Assembly (NCBI GenBank): GCA_039588275.1
Contig: JBDHAC010000058.1
Coordinates: 1-60,307, forward strand
Length of the DNA stretch: 60,307 nt
Direction of reading: 5' to 3'
Source: Gemmatimonadota bacterium
Lineage (GTDB): Bacteria; Gemmatimonadota; Gemmatimonadetes; Palauibacterales; Palauibacteraceae
Shown here: piece after piece, positions 48,782 to 58,369 of the stretch
Layout: each line of letters begins with the position of its first letter
Numbering within the stretch: position 1 is the stretch's first letter
Made by a program: the position numbers and the translations under genes
Notes under the pieces: generated by a model
Databases searched by the model: none
Told to the model about the DNA's origin: nothing
Seen by the model: only the letters and a program-made list of their open reading frames with translations

Positions 48782-50761
48782 GTGACGGCCGTGCTGTGGA
48801 TCGTGGCTGCGGCCGCCGCCGCCATCCTCGCGGTGTGGGCCTATGTGTGGCGCGAAGAGCGTGTCGCCGGGCGTGCGGGCCCCGGCATCCTGCGTGGGCT
48901 CGCCCTGTTCCTCATCCTGGCCGGCCTGTGGCTCCCACCCTTCGGTAGCGACGCGCCGGACACGACGAGCCGTGTCCTGTTGCTGGATGTGTCACGCAGC
49001 ATGTCGCTTCCGGTCTATCCGACGGAGAGTTCCGAAGTCGGCCTCGCGCGGTTTGACTCCGCCCTCACGATCGCCGCCGGCCTGCGGGCCGAGAGGGTGA
49101 TCCTGTTCGGCGATGTGCCCGCCTCGGTTCCCCCCGACATGCTCTCGGCCGTGACGCCGAGCGCGGAGCGGAGCCGGGTGACGCCGGCTCTCGATGCGGC
49201 CCAGCTCGGGGGTGCGGACTCCGTATGGGTCGTGACCGACGGCGGTTGGGACGATCGCGCGCTGGCCCTGCGGACGGCGGAACGACTGGGCCTGGGTCTC
49301 CGCGAGTTGCGCGTCGCGGAGACACCTCGACGGCTGGGCATCGCGGCCGCCCTGGCTCCGGAGCGAGCGCGGGCCGGGGACACGGTGCGGATCGAAGTGG
49401 ACGTCCGCGCGGGCGGCTCCGAGTCCGCCGGGGCGGATCCCGGCCCGCCGACAGCGGCGGGCGATAGCGTGCGACTGGAGCTGCGACTCGATGGGGTGCC
49501 CCGGGCGTCCGCGGCCGTCCCCGCACCGAGCTCCGGTCGATCCATCCAGGCGGAGCTCCCCCTCGTGCCTACCGAGCCTCCCGGCGAATCGGCCTGGCGG
49601 CGGTACGAGATCGTGCTCCTGGATGACGCGGATCCGTACGGGGCGGCGGATACCGAAGCGGTATGGATCGAGGTGTCCGAGGCCTCGAGCGGCGCGGTCC
49701 TCATCTCTACAGACCCGGATTGGGAGGCCAGGTTCTTGTTCCCGGTGCTGGACCGCCTCGTGTTGGGAGGGGTCCGTGGCTTTCTCCGGCTGACCGATGG
49801 CCGGTACCTGGAGATGGGTCCTCGCCCACGCCTCATCGACGACGTGGGCCGCATTCAGAGCACGATCCGAGGTGCGCGCTTGCTCGTGGTGCAGTCGGAC
49901 CTGAGCGCCATGCCGGAATGGCTGGGAGTCGCCCTGCGCAGCCACCCGCGCAAGCTGATCCTTCCCCGAGGAGGGGGCACCCTCCCGGGGGTGGGACTCG
50001 TCGTCTCGGGCCCTCTGCCGGGCGAGTGGTATCCGACGCCGCCGATCCCACCCAGTCCTGCAGCCAGCCTGTTGGCGGAGGCGTCGTTGGAGGAGCTGCC
50101 GCCACTGCGCGAGGTGTATAGCGTCGATCTCGGGACGCGCTGGACGATTCTGAACGCGAGCCGCGGCCGGCGGGGGGAAGCGCGCCCGTTGCTCGTGGCT
50201 CACGAGCGCGGAAGCGAGCGCTGGGCCCTGGCGACCGGTGCGGAGTGGTGGCGGTGGGCGTTTCGGGACGGTCCGCCGCGGCGAGTGTACGAGGGCGTCC
50301 TGAGCGGACTGGTCGGGTGGCTGGTCGAGGACGTCGCTCCCCGTCCGGTCTCGCTCTCGGTCGCTGCGAGCGCGCGGCGCCTGGCGTGGCGCGTCCGACC
50401 GTCGGTGCGCGATCTACGCATCGACGTGACGGCGGCCGATGGTGACACCGTGTGGTCGGAGGAATGGGCCGAGCCGCCCGAGGACATCCCCGGCCCGACG
50501 CTCGAGGCGGGGCTGCACCGGATCTTCGTGTCCGGGCGTGCTCCGGACGGTACGTTCCGATCCGAGCGACCGATGGAGATCGGGCCGGATCGACGCGAGC
50601 TGGTTCCGCGCGTGATCCCGGAAGCCGCGTTGCTCGCCGCTTCACCCGTGGATCGCGCCCGGTCGGCCGCCCGATCGCGCCGCCCTGTATGGCCGTTCGT
50701 TCTCGCGATGCTCCTCCTGTGCGGAGAGTGGATCTGGCGTCACCGGATCGGGCTTCGCTGA
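48782..50761 (+). CDS. Membrane protein with vWA-like MIDAS motif
   Basis: Two N-terminal TMs, LLLDVSRSM (DxSxS), VTDG, C-terminal TM ending EWIWRHRIGL. Confidence 0.75.
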   Translation: MTAVLWIVAAAAAAILAVWAYVWREERVAGRAGPGILRGLALFLILAGLWLPPFGSDAPDTTSRVLLLDVSRSMSLPVYPTESSEVGLARFDSALTIAAGLRAERVILFGDVPASVPPDMLSAVTPSAERSRVTPALDAAQLGGADSVWVVTDGGWDDRALALRTAERLGLGLRELRVAETPRRLGIAAALAPERARAGDTVRIEVDVRAGGSESAGADPGPPTAAGDSVRLELRLDGVPRASAAVPAPSSGRSIQAELPLVPTEPPGESAWRRYEIVLLDDADPYGAADTEAVWIEVSEASSGAVLISTDPDWEARFLFPVLDRLVLGGVRGFLRLTDGRYLEMGPRPRLIDDVGRIQSTIRGARLLVVQSDLSAMPEWLGVALRSHPRKLILPRGGGTLPGVGLVVSGPLPGEWYPTPPIPPSPAASLLAEASLEELPPLREVYSVDLGTRWTILNASRGRRGEARPLLVAHERGSERWALATGAEWWRWAFRDGPPRRVYEGVLSGLVGWLVEDVAPRPVSLSVAASARRLAWRVRPSVRDLRIDVTAADGDTVWSEEWAEPPEDIPGPTLEAGLHRIFVSGRAPDGTFRSERPMEIGPDRRELVPRVIPEAALLAASPVDRARSAARSRRPVWPFVLAMLLLCGEWIWRHRIGLR

Positions 50762-50793
50762 GGGGCGAGTTGTGTCGAAGTGAATGCCGATGA

Positions 50794-51780
50794 GTGACCG
50801 ACGCTGAGATGTCTTCGAACCGACTGGATCTGAAATCAGAGCGCCCGAAGCGGTCGCTATGGCGCAAGATCGTCGACTTCGCGCTCACCGACGTGAACAC
50901 GATCGTGGAGGGTGGCATCGACCAGGACGCCGTCGAGCGTCTCGAGCAAGTCCTGCTCGAGGCGGACTTCGGCGTGGACGCGTCCATGGAGCTCATCGAC
51001 GGGTTCGAGCGCGCGGCCGAGCGCGGGCGAATCAAGGGCGAGGACGATCTGCGGGCGGTCCTGGGTGACCAGATCAAGGCGATCCTGGAACGCCCCGCGG
51101 CCGACGAAGAGGCCCCCGAGTCCCCGATGTTGCCGGCGGGCGATCTTCACCGTGGGCCCGATGGCCTCTCCGTCGCGCTCATCGTAGGCGTGAACGGAAC
51201 CGGCAAGACGACCACCGCCGCCAAGCTCGCGTACCGGCTCCAGGAGGCGGGCGAGCGGGTCCTGTTGGCCGCGGCGGACACCTTCCGGGCCGGCGCCCAG
51301 GAGCAGTTGCGGATCTGGGCCGACCGCGTCGGGGCCGACTTCGTGGGTGGGAGTCCCGGCGGCGACCCGGCGGCGGTGGCGTTCGACGCCGTCGAGGCCG
51401 CGCGCAGCCGCGGGGCGCAGTGGGTCTTGATCGACACGGCGGGCCGCCTGCACACGCAGAGCGACCTCATGGGCGAGCTCCAGAAGATCGACCGCGTGCT
51501 GGCCCGCAAGATCGATGGCGCCCCGCACGAGCGGCTCCTGGTAGTGGACGCCACGTCCGGGCAGAACGTAGTGAATCAGGCGCACCAGTTCGGCTCCGCG
51601 CTGGACCTGACGGGCCTCGTGTTCGCGAAGTTCGACAGCACCGCGCGCGCCGGTACCGCCGTCGCGGTCGCCCGCGAGCTCTCGATCCCCGTCCGCTTTC
51701 TCGGGATGGGGGAAGGCCTGGATGACCTCGTTCCGTTCGACGCCGACGTGTACCTGGAGAAGCTATTGGCAGGCCGGTGA
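50794..51780 (+). CDS. ftsY: Signal recognition particle receptor FtsY
   Basis: GVNGTGKTT, DTFRA, DTAGR, KFD, GEGLDDL. Confidence 0.96.
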   Translation: MTDAEMSSNRLDLKSERPKRSLWRKIVDFALTDVNTIVEGGIDQDAVERLEQVLLEADFGVDASMELIDGFERAAERGRIKGEDDLRAVLGDQIKAILERPAADEEAPESPMLPAGDLHRGPDGLSVALIVGVNGTGKTTTAAKLAYRLQEAGERVLLAAADTFRAGAQEQLRIWADRVGADFVGGSPGGDPAAVAFDAVEAARSRGAQWVLIDTAGRLHTQSDLMGELQKIDRVLARKIDGAPHERLLVVDATSGQNVVNQAHQFGSALDLTGLVFAKFDSTARAGTAVAVARELSIPVRFLGMGEGLDDLVPFDADVYLEKLLAGR

Positions 51781-51823
51781 AGGACTGGTGCAGGCCGGTG
51801 AAGAAGTCGAGCGGGTCACGCGC

Positions 51824-53914
51824 ATGAGCCGTTCGCTCCTCACGGGCCCGGTCCAATACCTGAAGGGCGTCGGACCCGTACGCGCGGAGCGCCTCGCGCA
51901 CATGGAGGTCCACACCGGGCGAGACCTGCTCTACCACCTTCCGCACCGCTACGAGGATGCGACGACCGTCGACCCGATCTCCTCGCTCCAACCCGGTGAC
52001 GACGCCACCGTCATCGGACGGGTCGTGTCGAAGGGGGTGCTTCACACGCGGCGGCGATTGCGCGTGTTCCACGTCGTGATCCGCGACGACACCGGGATGA
52101 TCGAGTGCGCGTGGCCGGGGCGCCCGTGGCTGGACCGGTCGATCGCGAAGGACGACCTGTTGCTCGTCTCGGGGCCGGTCCGCTTCTATCACGGGCGACA
52201 GCTGCAGCCACGCGAGCACACGGTGCTGGCGCGCGCATCCGATGACGCGGGGCCGACCGCGGTCACACACGACCGCGGACGCGTCTTCTCGGTATACCCG
52301 GCGACGGAGGGACTCACGCACCGCCAGGTCCGGGCGATCGTCGATCTGAACCTCGAGCCGCTCCTGACCGAGATCGCCGGGCGCGAGGTCCTGCCCGAGC
52401 GCTGGCGCGATGACCTGGATCTGCCCCGCCTGGAGCGGGCGCTGCGGGCCCTGCACCGACCGTCGGCCCTGAGCGACGTGGAGCCCGCTCGCCGCCGTCT
52501 CGCGTTCGAGGAGCTCTTCTTTCTCCAACTGCTGCACGCGCGCGCGCGGGCAAGGCTCCGGCTAGAGACGGCGGGGCTCGCCTTCGAGGGCGAGCCCATT
52601 CTCACACGCCCCTTCATCGAATCGCTTCCGTTTACGCTGACGGGCGCGCAGGAGCGCGTCTGGGGCGAGGTCGAGGCCGACATGGAGCGGAAGTCGCCGA
52701 TGAACCGCCTGCTCCAGGGGGATGTGGGGAGCGGCAAGACGGTGGTCGCGGCGGCCGCCATGCTCAAGGCCGCGGAGGCCGGATACCAGGCGGCGCTGAT
52801 GGCGCCGACCGAGCTGCTGGCGGAGCAGCATGCCCGAACGCTGGAAACGCTGCTCGAGCCGGTGAACGTGAAGCCGGTGCTCCTCACGGGTGCCGTGACC
52901 GGGAAGGCCCGTGAGTACGCGTTACAGCGTCTGGCAAGCGGCGAGGCGCGAGTCGTGGTGGGGACGCACGCGCTGATCCAGGATGCCGTGGAGTTCGCCG
53001 CTCTCGGGTTGGTGGTGATCGACGAGCAGCACCGTTTCGGGGTCGAGCAGCGGCGGCGGCTGCGCGACGCGGGTATGGCTTCCGACGCCCTGGTGATGTC
53101 GGCGACCCCGATCCCCCGCAGCCTCGCCCTGGTGCTGTACGGAGACCTGGACGTCTCGGTGATCGACGAGATGCCTCCCGGGCGCGTCCCGATCGTGACC
53201 GGAGTACGCGGTCCGAAGAAGCGAGACGCGGCGTTCGACTTCCTGCGTGAGCAGCTCGAGGCCGGGCGGCAGGGGTACGTGGTGTATCCGATCATCGAGG
53301 AGTCGGAGATCCTCGACGTGCGGGCCGCGACCGCGGAGCACGAAGAACTGGTGGAGAGGTTCGATGAGTTCGAGGTCGGGCTGCTCCATGGCCGGCTGTC
53401 GTCGGCCGAGAAGGACGGCGTGATGCGTCGCTTCGTAGAGGGGGAGATCCAGCTCCTGGTCGCCACCACGGTGATCGAGGTGGGGATCGATGTCCCGAAC
53501 GCGACCGTGATGTTGATCGAGGACGCCGAGCGCTTCGGTCTCGCTCAGCTGCACCAGCTCCGTGGCCGGGTGGGTCGTGGCGCGGAGCAGAGCTACTGCG
53601 TGGCCTTCCACTCGGGAAAGGTCCCATCCGAGCGACTCCAGGCCTTTGCATCCACAGATGACGGCTTCCTGCTCGCCGAGGAGGATCTGCGCCTCCGCGG
53701 TCAGGGCGATGTCTTCGGCCGCGAGCAACACGGCGTGGCCCTCCTCCGGTTCGCGGATCTGGAGCGAGATCGAAAGCTGCTCGAGGAGGCACGGCGGCGG
53801 GCGCGCGGGCTCGTGGAGCGTGACCCATCGCTCTCGCACCGCGAGCACCGCTTTCTGGCGCGGGAGTTGGCGGAACGTTACGGGGGCCGCGAAGCCCTCT
53901 ATCAGGTGGGGTGA
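51824..53914 (+). CDS. recG: ATP-dependent DNA helicase RecG
   Basis: LKGVGP, QGDVGSGKT, DEQHRFG, SATPIPR, LHQLRGRVGRG, DGF..AE.DL.LRG. Confidence 0.96.
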   Translation: MSRSLLTGPVQYLKGVGPVRAERLAHMEVHTGRDLLYHLPHRYEDATTVDPISSLQPGDDATVIGRVVSKGVLHTRRRLRVFHVVIRDDTGMIECAWPGRPWLDRSIAKDDLLLVSGPVRFYHGRQLQPREHTVLARASDDAGPTAVTHDRGRVFSVYPATEGLTHRQVRAIVDLNLEPLLTEIAGREVLPERWRDDLDLPRLERALRALHRPSALSDVEPARRRLAFEELFFLQLLHARARARLRLETAGLAFEGEPILTRPFIESLPFTLTGAQERVWGEVEADMERKSPMNRLLQGDVGSGKTVVAAAAMLKAAEAGYQAALMAPTELLAEQHARTLETLLEPVNVKPVLLTGAVTGKAREYALQRLASGEARVVVGTHALIQDAVEFAALGLVVIDEQHRFGVEQRRRLRDAGMASDALVMSATPIPRSLALVLYGDLDVSVIDEMPPGRVPIVTGVRGPKKRDAAFDFLREQLEAGRQGYVVYPIIEESEILDVRAATAEHEELVERFDEFEVGLLHGRLSSAEKDGVMRRFVEGEIQLLVATTVIEVGIDVPNATVMLIEDAERFGLAQLHQLRGRVGRGAEQSYCVAFHSGKVPSERLQAFASTDDGFLLAEEDLRLRGQGDVFGREQHGVALLRFADLERDRKLLEEARRRARGLVERDPSLSHREHRFLARELAERYGGREALYQVG

Positions 53915-55593
53915 TGATCCGGCGGACCCTGGTGATGTCGGCGCCCCCGATCCCCCGCAGTGCGAGGAGCCTGGCGGTGGCCGCGTCGGCCGTGGCCACC
54001 GGGGCGATGGCGGGGTGCGCATCGACCGCTCGCGAGTCCGGGCCCGAGGCCGTCCCCGATACGCCTCGCATCGTCATCGACGGGACGTTCGATGAGTGGG
54101 GCCCTTGCACCGGCGTCGACGACCCGGCCGACGCCGGAACGGCGGAGCTCGACTTGCGCGAGGTGTGCCTCGCGCACGACTCCGAGGCGGTGTACCTGCG
54201 CTTCGACCTGGGCCGGGCCGTGAACGCGCAGGGTCTCCGGGGCATCCTGTCGCTCGCCCTCGACGTGGACGGGGATGCGGCCACGGGATGGCGAGACACG
54301 GCACTCTCCGGCATCGACCTCATCGTCGAGTTCACGCACCTCCACCCCGGCGATTCGACGCGACTCCGGTACGGTGTGCGGTCGTTCGTTCCGGACCCGA
54401 AAGCTCCGCCGGAATTTGCGACCGCGTCGGAGGCGGTCGATCCTTACGCGCTCGGTCTCCTCTTCGAGCCGCGCCACACGGCGCGGCGAATCGAGATTCG
54501 ACTGGAGCGGGGCGTGCGGCTCCCAAGCGGTACCCAGGCGTTCGCCGGGCGAGAGATGCGCGGCCATCTCGCATATACGGAGCCGCCGGGGCGCGCGATC
54601 GACGTTGCCGGGCCCTTTGCGCTCCCACTCGAGCCCCGGCGCGCACCGACGCGGCCGATCGACGTGGAAGACCCCCTGGCGCGGGCACCCGGCACGGCCT
54701 TCCGAGTCCTGAGCTGGAACGTGTCTCGGGCTCGCTTTCTCGCCGACCCCGAGCCCTTTCGTCGCATCTTCGCCGCTGTCGCCCCCGACGTCGTGCTACT
54801 GGATGAGATCGTGCCCGCCGTGACGCCAGGGACGGTCCGCGACGCGCTGTCGTCGGCCCCCGGGTCGGACGAGTGGTTCGTGCACGTCGGATCGAGCGGG
54901 AGCGCCCAACGCGGTGCGATCGCCGCGCGTAGCATCCTGGAGCCCGCCCCGAGCTTCGTTCGCGTCTTCTACCCGGACTCCGTCCACGCCTTGTTGATCG
55001 GTGTCGCGAGCCAGCAGCTGCGCGAGGCGCTGGCAAACGCGACCGAGGGGGGAGCGCCGACCGCCGGGGCCTGGGTATCTGTGGGAGGGCGCCGGCTCCT
55101 TCTGGTGACGCTGGATCTCGTGTGTTGTGGAAACCGAGCGGACGCCGTCGAGGATCGAATTCGGCGCATGGAGGCCGCCTCCATCAACGCAGCGGCGGGC
55201 CGCGCGTTGATGGACGCAGCCGCGGCGGGGCGGGAAGCTGACGCGGTCATCGTGGGAGGTGACTTCAACCTCGTCGCGTCGCACACTCCGCTGGACCTGA
55301 CTGCTTCCGGTCTGGGACCGGGCGGAGCCGATCTCGTACCCGTGTATGCCCTGCAGCTGGACGGGCGGACGAGCGCGACCTGGGATGGCGGAAGAGGCCA
55401 GTTTCCGCCGGGACAGCTTGACTACATCCTATATACCGACGCCACGCTCGAAGTCCGGCGGGCGTTCGTGCTGGAGACCCGGGATCTGGCTTCAGGGTGG
55501 CTGGGGCGCCACGAGCTCGACGTTTCCGACAGCGAGCGGGCGTCGGACCACCGCCCCATCGTCGCGGACTTCTCCTGGCGGGAACAGCCGTAG
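53911..55593 (+). CDS. Endonuclease/exonuclease/phosphatase family lipoprotein with N-terminal beta-sandwich-like domain
   Basis: Lipobox MAGC; IVIDGTFDEW; SWNV, LDE, GDFN, LDYILY, SDHRP. Confidence 0.85.
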   Translation: MMIRRTLVMSAPPIPRSARSLAVAASAVATGAMAGCASTARESGPEAVPDTPRIVIDGTFDEWGPCTGVDDPADAGTAELDLREVCLAHDSEAVYLRFDLGRAVNAQGLRGILSLALDVDGDAATGWRDTALSGIDLIVEFTHLHPGDSTRLRYGVRSFVPDPKAPPEFATASEAVDPYALGLLFEPRHTARRIEIRLERGVRLPSGTQAFAGREMRGHLAYTEPPGRAIDVAGPFALPLEPRRAPTRPIDVEDPLARAPGTAFRVLSWNVSRARFLADPEPFRRIFAAVAPDVVLLDEIVPAVTPGTVRDALSSAPGSDEWFVHVGSSGSAQRGAIAARSILEPAPSFVRVFYPDSVHALLIGVASQQLREALANATEGGAPTAGAWVSVGGRRLLLVTLDLVCCGNRADAVEDRIRRMEAASINAAAGRALMDAAAAGREADAVIVGGDFNLVASHTPLDLTASGLGPGGADLVPVYALQLDGRTSATWDGGRGQFPPGQLDYILYTDATLEVRRAFVLETRDLASGWLGRHELDVSDSERASDHRPIVADFSWREQP

Positions 55594-55620
55594 CAGGCCG
55601 CTGACGGACTCCAGCGGGGC
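55587..55620 (+). repeat. Dispersed REP/MITE-like hairpin repeat, copy 3
   Basis: GTAGCAGG-CCGCTG-acggactc-CAGCGG; TAG is the EEP gene stop codon; lies between convergent genes. Confidence 0.7.
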
Positions 55621-55639
55621 TCGATACGCCCCGCAGGGA

Positions 55640-56875
55640 TCACTTCTCGATCCGATACAGCCTGACGAACTCCTGGTCGAGAGAGTTCTTCCAAACGAGG
55701 AGCGCGGAATCATCGCCCGCGTCGAGTAAGCGTGCACCAGCCGGGGACCCCAGGCTGGCGAGCGAGTGACCGTCCACGTCGAACACGATCCAACGATCGT
55801 TCAGCGCTCCCGCCGGGGTGGGGGCCTGAATCCAGAGGCGTCCGGCGCGGTCGGCGAACAACGCGCTGAACGCCGGTTTGTACTCGGGATACGGTACCTC
55901 CTCCAGCCACCCTTCGAGGTGACTCCGTCGCGCCGGCTGCCGCAGTGAGGCCAGCGCGGTCTCCCGTACCCGGTCACGGTCCGCGTCGGTGACCGGAACG
56001 GCCTCCTCCTCCCAACGGATGAGCCCCCGGAGCTCGCCACCCAGCGACAGGACCTCGATCTCGGCCCTCTCCGTGTTGCCGATATAGATCCGTGATCCCG
56101 CTACGGCCACCGAGCTCGTGGGGCCGAAGGGACGCGGAGCCAACCAGAGATCCTGTCGAGGCTCACCCGTCTTGAACCATTGCTGCCCACCTATCTCGCG
56201 CAGCGTGTACTGCCGTCCATCGGGGAAGACTCGGACGAGCCACCCGCGGGGTCGGAAGAGCGGTTCCGTACCGGAGGCCGCCCACGTCTCGATGTCGTTG
56301 CCGTATCCGCGGTCGTACAGGTCGAAGAGAAGCGATCCATCGCGCAGGATCTCGGCAACCACGCCCGGCCAGAACGGACCGAGGCGTACGCTACCGAGGA
56401 ACGTCCCATCCAGGGCGAAGCGAGACAGAAGCCCGAACGGCCAAGCTGACGCGACGACGGTATCGCCCGGCAGAACGGCGATTGCGCGAAGGAACGGCAA
56501 CTCACCCGGACCCTCACCCTCGCCCCCGAAGACGCGCAGCGTCCTCCCGCTCGCGGCGAAGAGTCGCAGCTCTCGGCTTCCCCCGTCACCCACGAGGATC
56601 GTGCCGTCGGGCAGCAGGGCGGCGCCCGCGACCTCGCTCAGTTGATGGCCTCGATCGTCCTCGACGACGCCGATCTCGACCTGCGGGGGCTCCGCGAGCC
56701 GCCACGAAGGAAGATCTGAGAGCACGTCGGCCGGACTGGCGGCGATGGTAATCCCCGCGCTGTCGAACACGACCGCGGTCGTGGTGGCGCCGTCGTCCGC
56801 GCACCCCGCCGCGCACGCGACCCCGCCCATGAAGGCCAGGTGAGGCAGGCGCTTTCGGGCCACGGCTCGGATCAT
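55640..56875 (-). CDS. Beta-propeller-like lipoprotein (hypothetical)
   Basis: Lipobox AAGC; DSAGITI, G.EGEGPGE, D..GRLW, W.VFD..G; start approximate. Confidence 0.75.
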   Translation of the reverse strand: MIRAVARKRLPHLAFMGGVACAAGCADDGATTTAVVFDSAGITIAASPADVLSDLPSWRLAEPPQVEIGVVEDDRGHQLSEVAGAALLPDGTILVGDGGSRELRLFAASGRTLRVFGGEGEGPGELPFLRAIAVLPGDTVVASAWPFGLLSRFALDGTFLGSVRLGPFWPGVVAEILRDGSLLFDLYDRGYGNDIETWAASGTEPLFRPRGWLVRVFPDGRQYTLREIGGQQWFKTGEPRQDLWLAPRPFGPTSSVAVAGSRIYIGNTERAEIEVLSLGGELRGLIRWEEEAVPVTDADRDRVRETALASLRQPARRSHLEGWLEEVPYPEYKPAFSALFADRAGRLWIQAPTPAGALNDRWIVFDVDGHSLASLGSPAGARLLDAGDDSALLVWKNSLDQEFVRLYRIEK

Positions 56876-57066
56876 CGAATAACACCTCGGGTTCACGGCC
56901 CGGTTCAGGGCAACCGGTCCCGACCACGCTAGCCGCGCGAGGGAAGGCGGTCCAGCGTTTCCGCACCGGGGTTTGTGTGCCTCGCGCATCGACTGCATCC
57001 TTTGAGCGGACCACGGGAGGGCGGAGACAACCTCAGAGTGACTCCAGGAGACACCGGCAAACACAC

Positions 57067-58368
57067 ATGACCGTGGCAAGCGTGACCATACAGGCACTTG
57101 GAGCGCACGTCGGCGAGACCGTATCGCTCAAGGGCTGGGTGCGAAACTTCCGCTCCAGCGGGAAGATCTCGTTCCTGATCCTGCGGGATGGGAGCGGGGA
57201 GGTGCAGTGCGTATTCCCGAAGAGCGAGGTCTCGGAGGACACCTGGGTCCGGCTCGACGGAGTGGAGTACGAGGCCAGCGTACAGGTCACGGGCAGCGTG
57301 CGCGCAGACGAGCGCGCGCCCGGTGGTGTGGAGCTCACGGCGAGCGACGTGGCGGTCCTCGGACCGGCGCCCGAGTTCCCGATCCAGCCGAAGGAGCACG
57401 GAACCGACTTCCTGCTCGAGCACCGGCACTTGTGGCTCCGGAGTCGGAAGCAGATCGCGATCATGCGGGTGCGCGACGAGATCGTACGTGCGATCCGCGA
57501 TTTCATGCACGAGGGCGGGTTCACGCTCGTGGACACGCCGATCCTCACCGGCTCGATCGGGGAGTCGGCGGGCACCTTGTTCGAGACCGAGTACTTCGAC
57601 CTGGGGCCCGCGTATCTGGCGCAGACCGGCCAGCTGTACGTGGAGGCGGCAGCCGCCGCGCTCGGCAAGGTCTACTGCTTCGGGCCCACCTTCCGGGCCG
57701 AGAAGTCGAAGACCCGCCGTCACCTGACCGAATTCTGGATGGTGGAGCCCGAGGTCGCGTGGCTGGACAGCGACGGCAACATGCGGCTCCAGGAGGACTT
57801 CATCTGCTACATCGTCGGGCGGGTCCTCCAAAACCAGGGAGCCGAGCTCGACGTGCTCGAGCGGGACATCTCACGGCTCGAGCAGATCCAGGCGCCGTTC
57901 GACCGGGTCAGCTACACCCAGGCGGTCGAGCTCCTCCAATCGCAGGGGAGCGATGTCGAGTGGGGCGCGGACCTGGGAGCGGGGGACGAGACGATCCTGG
58001 TCGAAGGCCGTCAGAAGCCGCTCTTCGTGTACGACTATCCGAAGGGCGCGAAGGCGTTCTACATGAAGGAGAACCCGGAGGACCCGCGCACCGTCAAGTG
58101 CAACGACCTCCTCGCTCCCGAGGGATACGGCGAGATCATCGGGGGGAGCCAGCGCGAGGATGACCACGACAAGCTCTTGGCCCGGATTCGGGAGGAGGGC
58201 TTGCCGGAAGAGGCCTACGACTGGTACCTGGATCTGCGCAAGTACGGCACGTTCCCGCACAGCGGGTTCGGTCTGGGGCTGGAGCGCACCGTTAGCTGGA
58301 TCTGCGGGCTCCCCCACCTGCGCGAGTCGATCGCCTTCCCGCGCATGATGACGCGGATCACGCCGTAG
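57067..58368 (+). CDS. asnS: Asparagine--tRNA ligase
   Basis: RHLWLR, YLAQTGQLY, FGPTFRAEKSKTRRHLTEFWM, GEIIGGSQRE, GFGLGLER. Confidence 0.97.
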   Translation: MTVASVTIQALGAHVGETVSLKGWVRNFRSSGKISFLILRDGSGEVQCVFPKSEVSEDTWVRLDGVEYEASVQVTGSVRADERAPGGVELTASDVAVLGPAPEFPIQPKEHGTDFLLEHRHLWLRSRKQIAIMRVRDEIVRAIRDFMHEGGFTLVDTPILTGSIGESAGTLFETEYFDLGPAYLAQTGQLYVEAAAAALGKVYCFGPTFRAEKSKTRRHLTEFWMVEPEVAWLDSDGNMRLQEDFICYIVGRVLQNQGAELDVLERDISRLEQIQAPFDRVSYTQAVELLQSQGSDVEWGADLGAGDETILVEGRQKPLFVYDYPKGAKAFYMKENPEDPRTVKCNDLLAPEGYGEIIGGSQREDDHDKLLARIREEGLPEEAYDWYLDLRKYGTFPHSGFGLGLERTVSWICGLPHLRESIAFPRMMTRITP

Positions 58369-58369
58369 C

